This document shows positions 54,409-64,000 of a DNA stretch of 64,000 bases, in pieces. This DNA comes from a virus, in the IMG/VR virus record IMGVR_UViG_3300019776_000521, positions 1 to 64,000 of that record; one strand, given 5' to 3'. The position numbers and the translations under genes were made by a program. The notes under the pieces are model-generated. The model did not search any database. It worked only from the letters and a program-made list of their open reading frames with translations, and was not told where the DNA came from. Position 1 is the stretch's first letter. The number at the start of each line of letters is the position of its first letter.

Positions 54409-55803
54409 TTACATGCGAGCGACGGTCTTGATCAGGGCAAGACGTTCAGGGCGCAGAGCCATGAAGCCGTAGTACCACTTGATCGACATGAAGCCGGTCT
54501 CACCGTAAGGATCATTGCGATCAGCCGTAGCCTCGCCAGGAGCCTTGTGGGTAATCTTGAACTTCACGGTCTTGCCATCGGTCTGGAAGCCGATCGTGGT
54601 GAACGACTCGTCGCCAACCACCAGAATCGGGAACACATCGTAGTGAACCCCGTTGTCGTAGTTGAGCGAATCGGTGACCAGTGCACCAGCACCGGACCAC
54701 TTCATCATCTCGGGAACCACGACGATTCGGAACTGATCGACAGAGCCAACTTCACCAGTGACGGTCGTCCCACCAGCTGCATACTTCTCCACGCCGATGA
54801 AAGCGGGGTTGTTATGCAGATCCTTCATGGCCTTGAAGGTCGGCAGCAGTTCCGTGCCGATGTAGGCAATGCGTGCAGCAGGCAGCGTCTTGGTGTCCAC
54901 CAGGCGGGTACCCGTGATGACGGTGGTCATCTTGGGCGTGCGGTTGTTGTCGAGGTCAATCGACAGCCGCAGCAGATCGCCGTAGGTCACCAGGTCATTC
55001 GAGCCGATCTCGCTGTTCTGGGTGGCATCACCAGCGTACTTGATCACCCCAGCGGAGTTGATCAGGTCGATCTGCAGAGCGTCTTCGGTCATCTCGTTGG
55101 CGCCCATCACCATCTCGCGGTTGATGTGCATCATCAGTTCCGCGTCGGTGTCGAAGTCCAGAGACTCCTGGGTGTACTCATCGAAGAAGCCGAACTTCTC
55201 GATGGTGCCTTCGATTTCCTTGCGCTTGAAGCCAACCTTGTTGACCCGACCGCCCGTTTCCGAAAGAGCAGGCAGCTTGCCGCTGATGGTGCCGATGTCC
55301 TTGCTCGAACCGTACAGGTTGCCGGAACCTTGGGTACGGACAGAGTAAGGAACAGCGGCCAACACAGCAGCCGTCAGAGCCTGGGTCGAAGGAATCAGTT
55401 CCTTCTTGCTGGCGGTAACCGTCCAAGGGCTGGAAGCACCGCTCTTCACAGCGACACCGGCCTGAATGGCGTTGATGGCAGCAGCAGCAGCGGTTGCAGC
55501 AGCTTCCACCGTGTAGGTCTGAACCAGGCCAGCCAGGGTCACCGTGTAGGAAGTGGACGAAATTGCAACGCCAGCGGCATCAATGCCCTGATCGTTCAGG
55601 TTGGCGTCATCCAGCAGCGGCAGGTAGTGGTACCGCTTGATCTTCTTGCCCATGTTCTTGGGCATGGAGGTCACATCAGCCAGCTGGCTGAAGTACTGCT
55701 CTTTTTGAGCTTCGATCAGAGCTTTTTTCTGATAGAACTCGTTGACGATTTGGCTACCAGCGCTCGAAGGCGTGGTCGGGGGGGCGTTGTACTTGATAGT
55801 CAT
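54409..55803 (-). CDS. major capsid protein (N4 gp56-like)
   Basis: YLPLLDD.N.NDQGIDA, GNLYGSSKD, DPYGETGF.SIKWYYG. Confidence 0.95.
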   Translation of the reverse strand: MTIKYNAPPTTPSSAGSQIVNEFYQKKALIEAQKEQYFSQLADVTSMPKNMGKKIKRYHYLPLLDDANLNDQGIDAAGVAISSTSYTVTLAGLVQTYTVEAAATAAAAAINAIQAGVAVKSGASSPWTVTASKKELIPSTQALTAAVLAAVPYSVRTQGSGNLYGSSKDIGTISGKLPALSETGGRVNKVGFKRKEIEGTIEKFGFFDEYTQESLDFDTDAELMMHINREMVMGANEMTEDALQIDLINSAGVIKYAGDATQNSEIGSNDLVTYGDLLRLSIDLDNNRTPKMTTVITGTRLVDTKTLPAARIAYIGTELLPTFKAMKDLHNNPAFIGVEKYAAGGTTVTGEVGSVDQFRIVVVPEMMKWSGAGALVTDSLNYDNGVHYDVFPILVVGDESFTTIGFQTDGKTVKFKITHKAPGEATADRNDPYGETGFMSIKWYYGFMALRPERLALIKTVARM

Positions 55804-55818
55804 AGGAATCCTTCGTGG

Positions 55819-56994
55819 TTACAGAAATTGTTTGTTGACCAACTTGCTGAATTCTTCGTCCGACAGTGACAAAGGATTGAAGTCCTTGTTTGTCGAGCTT
55901 GGAGCAGCAGGCTTAGTGGAGCTTGCAGCTCGCCTTTTGTCTTTCAGTTTGTCTTCATCTTCCTTCTTCGGTTTCGGAGTCACCACCACTGGCTTGGCTG
56001 CTGGTTGCCCTTGAGCTTGGGAGCTACCCTTGCTCAAGTGGTTAAACGCACCCTTGGCGTGTAGTGAATCACCGACTTGCCGGTAGGCTTCGATGTCGGA
56101 CAATCCATTCAAGCGACCAAACACGCGCTCGCTTTCAACCTCTTTGCTGATGATGTCGTAAATGCCACTTTCAACATGGCCATTGATGACTTTCAGCAGT
56201 TGAGGCGATCCAGCGATCACCTGTTTGCTTGCACCGTCCCACTTAGTGCTAACAATTTCGAGAGTCCGGTTGTACGAAGGCGTGCCCTGAAGTTCATCAA
56301 GCACCGTATCCAGTTCAATCTCACGATCGTCAACAGTGTAAGCAGTCTGTTTGTATCCGCTTGCTTTCTCAGCGTCAAAATCCATAGGATCAATGCCGCT
56401 GTCTTTGACCAGCTTGTTGATTGCTGCTGGATTTTTCTTTTCCAGGTCAATCAGAAAGCCGATCTTATCTTCGCTCAAAAGACCGTTGTTTTCCAACAGC
56501 TTCATGAGTTTCAGATTCGGTTTGAGAGCCGCCATCTTCTTGTTGTAGTTGGCTCCCATCTGCATCAGGGCAATTGCATCGTCAACACTGTTGACGTTGA
56601 TCTCACGCCCGTTTGCTTTGAATGGAGCCAGAAGACGCTTGTACTCTGCCTCAAAATCAATGGTTTCTTCCTTCGGCTTTTCAGGATCTTCATCCTTCTT
56701 CTCGCCTTCAGGCTTTTCAGACTCAGGAGCTTTTTCCTCCGAGTCTTTTTTCTCAGTTTCACCGGCTTCGTCCACTTCCTCCTCTGCCACCTTGTCGGTG
56801 GCATCGTCGTCAGCGTCCGTCGCCTTGGATTCGGTATCTGCAGCTTCAGCCACGGGGGCTTCGTCAGCAGGCGGTTCGTCTTTTGCAGCCACTTCTTCCT
56901 TGGGCTGCTCAGCAACACCAGGCCCCTGGCTGTTCATGATCTCTTCGTCGGACATGCCCAGGTAAGAGGGCTGTTCATTGGTCGGATCAGCCAT
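55819..56994 (-). CDS. N4 gp57-like protein (scaffold / 'tape measure')
   Basis: Acidic N-terminus, PFKANGRE, LMQMGANY, LSDEEF. Confidence 0.85.
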   Translation of the reverse strand: MADPTNEQPSYLGMSDEEIMNSQGPGVAEQPKEEVAAKDEPPADEAPVAEAADTESKATDADDDATDKVAEEEVDEAGETEKKDSEEKAPESEKPEGEKKDEDPEKPKEETIDFEAEYKRLLAPFKANGREINVNSVDDAIALMQMGANYNKKMAALKPNLKLMKLLENNGLLSEDKIGFLIDLEKKNPAAINKLVKDSGIDPMDFDAEKASGYKQTAYTVDDREIELDTVLDELQGTPSYNRTLEIVSTKWDGASKQVIAGSPQLLKVINGHVESGIYDIISKEVESERVFGRLNGLSDIEAYRQVGDSLHAKGAFNHLSKGSSQAQGQPAAKPVVVTPKPKKEDEDKLKDKRRAASSTKPAAPSSTNKDFNPLSLSDEEFSKLVNKQFL

Positions 56995-57334
56995 TGCTCA
57001 CCTCCTCGGCCAGCAGCTCGTCACGGGTTTCTTCATCGGAAGCGATTGCCTTGCGAGCAATTGCTGCTTTGTGGGCCACCGTGTGAAAGTATTGACTCAC
57101 GGCTCCAATGGCATCGATCTGAGCGACGATCGCCTTTTGCATGTCGGCGCTTTGAAAGCTTTGATCGGCTTTCAGATGAACCAGACGAATGGCTTCTTGC
57201 TCGAAGTAGCCTTCCATCACAACACGCTTGAAATCACGATTGGTTTTGAGACGCTCAAGCGCCTCACCCAGATCGGAAATCTTCCGTGCGTGTTTGATGT
57301 TCTCTTCAATCGCTTGGATTGTTTCGTTACTCAT
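56987..57334 (-). CDS. N4 gp58-like protein
   Basis: ALERL..NRDFK.V..EGY; synteny. Confidence 0.8.
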   Translation of the reverse strand: MSNETIQAIEENIKHARKISDLGEALERLKTNRDFKRVVMEGYFEQEAIRLVHLKADQSFQSADMQKAIVAQIDAIGAVSQYFHTVAHKAAIARKAIASDEETRDELLAEEVSNG

Positions 57335-57407
57335 TGATCTACCAGTGCTTTCTAAAGTTAATAGAGGTTAGGGCAGTTAATTACCCATACCCCGTACTAT
57401 ATATCTT

Positions 57408-59573
57408 TTATTTGTCTTTTTTCAGCATGTATTGCTTCAGAAGATCACGATCTTGGTCTTCTTTATCGAATTGACGGTCCAAAAGCTTCAACTGAGCCTG
57501 ACTTCGGGCCTGTTCTCCATGGAGTTCTTTAGCCCGCTCTTGTTTCACACCAGACTCCTGCTCAACAAAGTCCAGGTTCTTCAAATCAGTATCCGATTTG
57601 ATCTGACCTTGCTTGGCTTGCTCAGTTCCAGACTTGGCTGAGTGGAGTTGCGCAGTAGATTGGTAGCTCATGGCCTGTGCATTCTCTTTGGCAATCTGTG
57701 CCTTGAGCAATTCGATCTCCAACTGCGCTTTTTCCTGAACCAAAGGATCCGGCTGAGGCTGGAACGTCATGATTCTGTGGGCCAAGTCAGGCATTTTCCG
57801 TAGTTTGGCGATGTCGGAGAGAATCATCTTCATCATTTCAGGATCGGAATTGGGTCCGACCGTCTGAAGCAGGAAACCCAGCTGCTCTGCCTTGTTGGTA
57901 TCTTCTTCGGCTGTGGAAATCGACAACCGCAGATCAAAATTACCAGGCAGATCGTCCTTGCGAACGGTGACAAACTCCTCGTTGGTGACCCGAACCACCT
58001 CTGTATCGGAGAGAAACTCGGCATTCATGCTGATGATCTTCCGACCCACCTTGATGATGCCGTTGGATAGCCGTCGCAGGATGGCAAGCTCGCGCTTGGA
58101 AGCCGCATCCAAGGCCCCACGAACGCCTGCAGCGACATCCCCAAGGCTTTGCCCTGAGACGCCCTGGGAGTACGCCTTGACGCCTGTGAGGGACTCCGCT
58201 TCCATGTTCTGCATGCTCAGCATGAACTGTGCAGATTCAGGAATTTGAGGGAAAACGTGCATGTGCACACCTTGCCGGGGATCCACATTGGCGTTGAATT
58301 CGTAATCCTGGCCTTTGTCGAACTTGCGTCGATTAGTGGTATCCAGCATGTCCTTGCGGATACCCGTCTGACCATTGGCCGATTTGCCCATGATGTCGAT
58401 CATTCCACGGGTAACTGCTCCGATGACCTTCTGGTTGTCTTCCAGGAGTGCTCCATCAGGCTCGCCGTAGATACTCTTGCGAACGGGTAGATACTGAGCC
58501 GAGACAAAAGGAATCTTCTTGTCAGGGTAGGGATTCTCTTCCATTCGGATCAGGGTATCTCCTACCCAGGCAGCAACAAATGGCTTGACGATTCCCGTGC
58601 CGTCAATATCCCAGTAACCCCAATACTCATAAACCACGAATTTCTTTCGTGGCTTGTCACTGAAATTGAAGTTCTTCGAACCATCGGACGATGAATGGTC
58701 CGGTTGATTCAGGATCGAGTTTCCAGTGAGATTGATCTTGTCGAGATTCTTGTACTTGCCGTCCTTTTCCAGCTGAGAAAGAGACGACTCAAAGCTGTAA
58801 ATGACAAAGTTGGCTTTCTCAATGTCGCCCATGCAGGTCGGATCAATGATCACGTTGCGGTAATCACAGACTTCCAGGGTGGGCTTGTTGCTCACCGTTC
58901 GGGTGCGCTTTTCTTCCTTTTGCCCAATGACCACGGGTTCAATAGGCTGGCCCTGCTCCATCGTCAGATCGTGAGCCTGCTTCAGTTCTTCCGGTACGTC
59001 GGTGGCGTATTGGCTGGGAGACTCCTGCATCATCTTGTGAAGATGCTCATGCATCGGAGCAAACTCAGGGTTCACCCTGAACTCGACTTCAGGAAAAGTA
59101 CCTGTGTATTCCTCTTCGATAAACTCCCAGCCGACTCGGACAATTACCGTGCCTTCGTCCACTGCAGCACGGACGTATTCATCCACAAACTGTGTCTTGT
59201 CAACGGCGACATTGAACTGGTGATTCAACAGCAGCTGGTTTTGTTCAGCTGCTTGTCGATCTTCCCAAGTGATTGGTTTGACGTTGAATACATCGTCGGT
59301 ACTGAGGAAGGGTTCACTCAGTGATGCATAGCGCCATTCGGCCTGTTTCCGAATCAGCTTCGGTACAATGCTCGAATTGCCCTTTGGCGTTTCAATCTTG
59401 GCTTTGCCGGTGACATTCAGGTTATCTAGCCAGATACCTATCTTGGCTTCCTGAGCATCATGAATCGACCGAGCATCCAGCAAATCCTGCTTTAGGTCTG
59501 CAATTGTCGGCGCTTTAGCCCATTTGGTCAGCGGCTTGGGGTCGTTGTTTGTCTGTTCGGTCTTTTCATTCAT
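57408..59573 (-). CDS. portal protein (N4 gp59-like)
   Basis: PKLIRKQAEWRY, YEYWG, RGALDAASKRE, LDFVEQESG. Confidence 0.92.
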   Translation of the reverse strand: MNEKTEQTNNDPKPLTKWAKAPTIADLKQDLLDARSIHDAQEAKIGIWLDNLNVTGKAKIETPKGNSSIVPKLIRKQAEWRYASLSEPFLSTDDVFNVKPITWEDRQAAEQNQLLLNHQFNVAVDKTQFVDEYVRAAVDEGTVIVRVGWEFIEEEYTGTFPEVEFRVNPEFAPMHEHLHKMMQESPSQYATDVPEELKQAHDLTMEQGQPIEPVVIGQKEEKRTRTVSNKPTLEVCDYRNVIIDPTCMGDIEKANFVIYSFESSLSQLEKDGKYKNLDKINLTGNSILNQPDHSSSDGSKNFNFSDKPRKKFVVYEYWGYWDIDGTGIVKPFVAAWVGDTLIRMEENPYPDKKIPFVSAQYLPVRKSIYGEPDGALLEDNQKVIGAVTRGMIDIMGKSANGQTGIRKDMLDTTNRRKFDKGQDYEFNANVDPRQGVHMHVFPQIPESAQFMLSMQNMEAESLTGVKAYSQGVSGQSLGDVAAGVRGALDAASKRELAILRRLSNGIIKVGRKIISMNAEFLSDTEVVRVTNEEFVTVRKDDLPGNFDLRLSISTAEEDTNKAEQLGFLLQTVGPNSDPEMMKMILSDIAKLRKMPDLAHRIMTFQPQPDPLVQEKAQLEIELLKAQIAKENAQAMSYQSTAQLHSAKSGTEQAKQGQIKSDTDLKNLDFVEQESGVKQERAKELHGEQARSQAQLKLLDRQFDKEDQDRDLLKQYMLKKDK

Positions 59574-59630
59574 AGGTTCTTTCTTCTGCGGATAGTTACA
59601 ATCATTCCATTAACTCACAGAAATAGCAGC

Positions 59631-60050
59631 ATGCATATTCAAGCACTTCACAAGGCATTCATTATGCCAACAAAGGGTACCGATCAAGCCGGAGCCTTTG
59701 ACATCTACATGCCCGAAGCAGGTGTCGCCTCTGGTGCACACACCATGTATGGGCTTGGATTCGCAGCTGCCGTTCCCAATTCTCACGTTGCTCTTTTGCT
59801 GCCACGATCCAGCACTGGAGCAAAACATGGGCTGGAACTGAACAACTCTTGTGGAGTAATTGACTCCGATTATCGTGGAGAATGGAAGGCCGTTCTACGA
59901 ACCAAGTCGGGCTTACCGTTTTCCTGGGCTGCAGGTGAACGTTTGCTCCAGTTCATAGTGGTTCCTCTTGCCCAGGTAACCCTGCAACAAGTCGAGATGC
60001 TAGACGATACCAGTCGTGGGACTGGAGGGTTTGGCTCTTCAGGCAAATAA
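59631..60050 (+). CDS. dut: trimeric dUTPase
   Basis: AGAFDI, PRSS, GVIDSDYRGE, RGTGGFGSSG. Confidence 0.95.
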   Translation: MHIQALHKAFIMPTKGTDQAGAFDIYMPEAGVASGAHTMYGLGFAAAVPNSHVALLLPRSSTGAKHGLELNNSCGVIDSDYRGEWKAVLRTKSGLPFSWAAGERLLQFIVVPLAQVTLQQVEMLDDTSRGTGGFGSSGK

Positions 60051-60131
60051 GAAAGTAGGTTTGAATAAGGCAAGCCAGCCTTTATCCCTCTTCTGCATCT
60101 CAACAGTGTCTTTTGTTTACAAGGATCCTTT

Positions 60132-62915
60132 ATGACAACGAAAAACGTTTCAATCACCCCGGTCTGGTCTCAGATCGCAGACAAAACCGATGGTGAACTC
60201 CTCGTCACCTGGAAAGCGGCTGTATCGGTAGAGATTGCTCTTACCGAACTTGATGCAGTCCCAACCAAGGAAGGGCACATCTTTGCCCGTGAAACTCCTG
60301 TTACCCGCACTTTGCTGGGTGCAGGTTATGTGTGGGCCAAGATCATCCCTGGCAACTCTCCCAAGAAAGTTGTTCTCACGGTCAGCAACAGCCCCTACAT
60401 CAGCAGCGGGGGTGGTGGAGGTGGTTCCGGTACCGATCGGGAACTGGTTGTCTCAACTTACCTTTGCAAGACCGCTTTCACCGGAGCCAGTGTGGGTGAC
60501 ACCATCACGGCTACCCAGATCATCGACGTTACGAGTACCCCAACCAACGTCTCAACCATCTGGCGCAATCAAACCACTGCAGCCAATTTGGCTTCTACTC
60601 CGTCTGCAGTCAACCTGGAACTTGTTGGCTCTGCAGCGCTGACCAATGCGCAACTTCGAGCCGCTGCTGTATCCACTGCCCCCAACGTCAGCCGTGGTAG
60701 TGGAGTCGTAGATGCCAACACGCAGCGAGTAACCCTGGCTTCTGATGGGCCTGGAGTTCAAAACCTAACGGACATCAATGCCAAGACGCCCGCTTTGGTT
60801 GGTGGTGCAGTTCCTGTTACCGGGGCGCTGACCGACACCCAACTGCGTAATAGCCCGGTGCCTGTATCTCCGCAAAACATCACCACCAAGTTCCGGGATG
60901 CTTTTGAGGTCTACTCTCCTGGCCAGAACTGGAATGAAGTCAAAGGCAGTGGCGACCTGATCTACGTGGATGGCAATGCAGCAGCATCAAGCTATCTGGT
61001 TGTCAGCAAGGATCCATTGACCGCAGGTACGGAATCGACTGTTACGTCGATCCTTTCCTTTGATATGCCAATCGAACTTGCAACTGGCGTATCGATGTCT
61101 CAGCGTACTCTGGGTCAAGAGTTTGCAATCGAGATCATCGACACCCAAGCTGCTTTGGCTGCGGCTGCTGACATCGCCATTTCCAGCATCACGCAAGCCA
61201 CCACTGTTCTGACCATAGACACGGTTACCTCTCATGGTTTGAGCGTTGGTCGAGCATTCGGTATCAATGGTTGTAGCAACTTGCTGGCCAACTACCCTGC
61301 TCTGGTGGTTGCATCGGTACCCAGTCCTACCCAGTTCACGGCTACGGCAGGCCCTGGCGGTACTATCCCATCCCAAACCATCACGAACCCAGCTGGAGCC
61401 AAAGGCTCTGTCTATTTGCGTGAACGCTTGGGTCGTGCTCAGAACGGTATCAGCCAGATCTTTGAAAGCGCTACCGTCACTACTGCTTCGTTGTACATTC
61501 GATCGGAAGCAGGTGACGCTCTGCCGTCCGGCACGATTGCAGGTGCTCACGGCGTCACTGTTGGTACGACTGCACCAGTGCAGCTGGTGAACTCGGCATA
61601 CCAGTACGCATTCATTCCGACTTCTGAGTTCCGCATTTACGCTCAAGCCGATCGGGTTCAATGGGCAGACTCTGCAATCGATGCCGTTACTCAAACGACC
61701 TCGCGCTTGCTTCGTACCCAGGTATGCCCTGATCCAAGCGTTGGCTACAAAGTGCGCGTTCGAGCTGTCAACGCCAAAGCATTGACGGTACCAAATGCTC
61801 AAATCGTAACTGCGGTAAAAACCGGCACTACAACTGCAACGATCACTACTGATGTTGCGCACAATCTGACGGCCAATGATCCAGTAGCCATCTACGGTAT
61901 TCGGGATCAAGCAGCTACCAGCTTCCCCAACTTGCTGACTGCCACGGTAGTAGCTTCGGTAGTGAACGCAACCACGTTCACGATTGCGATTGGTACTGCC
62001 GGTACTGCTACCTCCTACGGAGGTTACGTTGCCAAGATCAACGGTGGCAACTTGCCGTCGTCGCTTGGCCACAGCGCAGTCATTGCACAGTCGGCAACCC
62101 TGTCCACTTTGGCTGATGGCACTCGGCAACTGGTTCTGGTCGGCAACACCAACTGGGCCAGCTTGAGCATCGGTGATCTGGTCAACACGCTGGGTGTGCG
62201 CAACGCAACCAACGGTGCCACCCTGGGTGTGGATGGAGCCTGGAAGGTTGCCAATGCGGCTACCACTACGCTGACTCTCGTACTGCCTTTCACTGGCAGC
62301 ATGTCCCTCCCGGTTGATTTTGTTTCGACCAACTGTGGTGGTGGCGTGATCAAGCGTACCGACATGCGCCTGAGCTTTGTGCGTGTGTTTGACTTCGAGC
62401 GGCAGCGAGTGGAACTGCTGGCTCGACCTGTGGGTGACATGGCAGCTGCAGTTCCAGTGGTGATGCAAGGTGGTAGCTTGTCCACCATTGCTACCGTCAC
62501 TGGTGTAACTACGGTGACGACCGTAACTACAGTTGGTACGGTGACTGCAATCACCACTCTGGGTACTCCAGCTGCACCTGCCACACCATTCTTTGTCAAC
62601 TCGACGGCATCGACCAACGGTGCATTGATCTTGACTGGAACTTCCGGGGTGAATGCTTTCTACGCCAGCAACACGGGTGCAGCTGCTGCTTACGTGAAGC
62701 TGTACAACAAAGCCACTGCACCTACGGTTGGAACCGACATTCCAGAAATGGTTGTGACGATTCCGCCGAACGGACAAGTTGAACTCACACCTGGGTTCAA
62801 TGGCTATCGTTTCGCTCTTGGTCTTGGCATTGCAATCACAGCTGGTGTTGCGGATACCGACACTGCTGCTGTTGCTGCTGGTCAAGTCAAAGTCAAACTC
62901 TCTCGCGTTGCTTAA
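60132..62915 (+). CDS. large Thr/Ala/Val-rich multidomain putative virion or surface protein
   Basis: 927 aa, beta-rich repeats (TxxxHxL), poly-Gly linker, TTV repeats; AAGGA RBS. Confidence 0.75.
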   Translation: MTTKNVSITPVWSQIADKTDGELLVTWKAAVSVEIALTELDAVPTKEGHIFARETPVTRTLLGAGYVWAKIIPGNSPKKVVLTVSNSPYISSGGGGGGSGTDRELVVSTYLCKTAFTGASVGDTITATQIIDVTSTPTNVSTIWRNQTTAANLASTPSAVNLELVGSAALTNAQLRAAAVSTAPNVSRGSGVVDANTQRVTLASDGPGVQNLTDINAKTPALVGGAVPVTGALTDTQLRNSPVPVSPQNITTKFRDAFEVYSPGQNWNEVKGSGDLIYVDGNAAASSYLVVSKDPLTAGTESTVTSILSFDMPIELATGVSMSQRTLGQEFAIEIIDTQAALAAAADIAISSITQATTVLTIDTVTSHGLSVGRAFGINGCSNLLANYPALVVASVPSPTQFTATAGPGGTIPSQTITNPAGAKGSVYLRERLGRAQNGISQIFESATVTTASLYIRSEAGDALPSGTIAGAHGVTVGTTAPVQLVNSAYQYAFIPTSEFRIYAQADRVQWADSAIDAVTQTTSRLLRTQVCPDPSVGYKVRVRAVNAKALTVPNAQIVTAVKTGTTTATITTDVAHNLTANDPVAIYGIRDQAATSFPNLLTATVVASVVNATTFTIAIGTAGTATSYGGYVAKINGGNLPSSLGHSAVIAQSATLSTLADGTRQLVLVGNTNWASLSIGDLVNTLGVRNATNGATLGVDGAWKVANAATTTLTLVLPFTGSMSLPVDFVSTNCGGGVIKRTDMRLSFVRVFDFERQRVELLARPVGDMAAAVPVVMQGGSLSTIATVTGVTTVTTVTTVGTVTAITTLGTPAAPATPFFVNSTASTNGALILTGTSGVNAFYASNTGAAAAYVKLYNKATAPTVGTDIPEMVVTIPPNGQVELTPGFNGYRFALGLGIAITAGVADTDTAAVAAGQVKVKLSRVA

Positions 62916-62924
62916 AGGAACCAT

Positions 62925-63089
62925 ATGGGAATTACAGAACTCATCACCATTCTCAACAACCGTCTGAACTATCTTGCAATCCAACGCAACGAAGCGTTCT
63001 CCAGGGGCGACCTTTCGATGCTTTCGATGTTCGACGCAGACATTCAAACTACCACGGCTACCCTGAGTCAGCTGCAATCCTTGGGGTAA
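62925..63089 (+). CDS. small hypothetical protein (54 aa)
   Basis: AAGGAA RBS, ATG 62925, TAA 63087, terminator follows. Confidence 0.6.
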   Translation: MGITELITILNNRLNYLAIQRNEAFSRGDLSMLSMFDADIQTTTATLSQLQSLG

Positions 63090-63107
63090 GCTGATCAAAC
63101 CCCAATG

Positions 63108-63138
63108 AGAAAGGCCCCATCAAGGGGCCTTTTTCTTT
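63108..63138. terminator. bidirectional terminator
   Basis: AAAGGCCCC-atcaa-GGGGCCTTTTT between convergent genes. Confidence 0.85.
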
Positions 63139-63153
63139 GGTGCAATGAAGTGT

Positions 63154-63906
63154 TTAAACCCAGCCGTTGCTCTCCAGCCTGGTGTTCTGGCTTCCCTGAT
63201 CCACACGGAGGTTGAAGGTTTCCAGATCCTTGCAGGCTGCTTCGTACTTAGCAGCGTAGTTGTTTCCTGCATTGAACTCGTTCGTCATGCCTGTGGGCGT
63301 GTGCACACGGCTGGCCACGAACAAAAGCAGCGGAGCCAAGTGGCTGTACGGAAGATCGACTTCAACTGCTTCAGGATCCAGATCACCTTCGTCAGTTACC
63401 AGGATCTTGTGGTTGGCCCGGTAGACCACTTCCAGGGTCGAAGTCTTCAGTTCATCCGGCAGATCCATTGAACCATTCACAATGGCTGAAGGCACACGCA
63501 AAACAAAAGCACTGGGAGTAAACAGAGAGTAGGTGTCCGAATCGTCATTCAAGCCAAGCTCAAAGCCGTCAGCCGTGTACACCCGTTCGATCTTGTGGAT
63601 GTCGTCAATGAACGGTGCAGCAGTGGAGTCCGCGATGTAGCGCACCGGCTCCTTGGATTTCGTGCTGCTCACAGCGTAGCTGCTGTTGATCGGGTAGGTA
63701 GTACGGTTGGCCTGAAGCGTCAGGATCAGCCGGCCCTCCTTCAACGGAAAGCGCTTGTGCAGTTCGGTCAAGCCAAGTCGCACATGCGACAGCACACGAT
63801 CGTAGTTCGCAGCAGAAATCACCCCAGCCTCACCACCCCCAATGCTCAGCTGCGAAAGCTCGCCATATGTCAGCTGGTCAAACACTTCTTTCAGTTTCAT
63901 AGGCAT
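63154..63906 (-). CDS. N4 gp67-like head-tail adaptor
   Basis: L.YGELS, GLTELHKRF.LKE, V.YRANH, ends NGWV; true start may be ATG 63900. Confidence 0.8.
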   Translation of the reverse strand: MPMKLKEVFDQLTYGELSQLSIGGGEAGVISAANYDRVLSHVRLGLTELHKRFPLKEGRLILTLQANRTTYPINSSYAVSSTKSKEPVRYIADSTAAPFIDDIHKIERVYTADGFELGLNDDSDTYSLFTPSAFVLRVPSAIVNGSMDLPDELKTSTLEVVYRANHKILVTDEGDLDPEAVEVDLPYSHLAPLLLFVASRVHTPTGMTNEFNAGNNYAAKYEAACKDLETFNLRVDQGSQNTRLESNGWV

Positions 63907-63909
63907 TCC

Positions 63910-64000
63910 TTAAACAATGTACGACGCTCTGCGATCCACGGGTTCACTGTCGATGTCGAGATCCCACATTCCTCCACCTTTGGTGGATTCGGTCATGGGA
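63910..64000 (-). CDS. terminase large subunit, C-terminal fragment (partial)
   Basis: Reads ...GMWDLDIDSEPVDRRASYIV*; N4-type ending and position. Confidence 0.7.
   Translation of the reverse strand, partial: PMTESTKGGGMWDLDIDSEPVDRRASYIV

Noticed and set aside
53659-55869. 736-aa ORF antisense to the capsid and gp55 genes
   Set aside because: Shadow of biased codon usage on the coding strand; no RBS or recognisable motif.
60987-63098. 703-aa minus-strand ORF
   Set aside because: Antisense shadow of the 927-aa gene; composition is not protein-like.

Overview
The window is about 64 kb of an N4-like phage genome (Schitoviridae). Evidence: a ~3400-aa virion RNA polymerase with no cysteine seen, N4-type DNA polymerase, primase, SSB, Sak4 and gp24/gp25, and the N4 late module gp50-59, gp67 and terminase on the minus strand. 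The early region and RNAP II subunits lie outside the window. The host is inferred to be a betaproteobacterium (Burkholderiales-like H-NS and tRNA-Arg att core). Unusual elements: (1) an integration module of excisionase plus tyrosine integrase, with a candidate attP (IHF sites, arm repeats, core equal to a tRNA-Arg(ACG) anticodon stem-loop) 83 bp upstream of an intact phage tRNA-Arg(ACG) that could replace the disrupted host gene; (2) an ejection protein (gp51 position) fused to a thermonuclease domain behind an A11 slippery run with immediate stops in both shifted frames; (3) a ~340-nt highly structured non-coding region with mutually exclusive pairings beside an H-NS gene; (4) a fatty-acid desaturase between tail-fibre and lysis genes. 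Gene names rest on remembered motifs and synteny; no searches were run.
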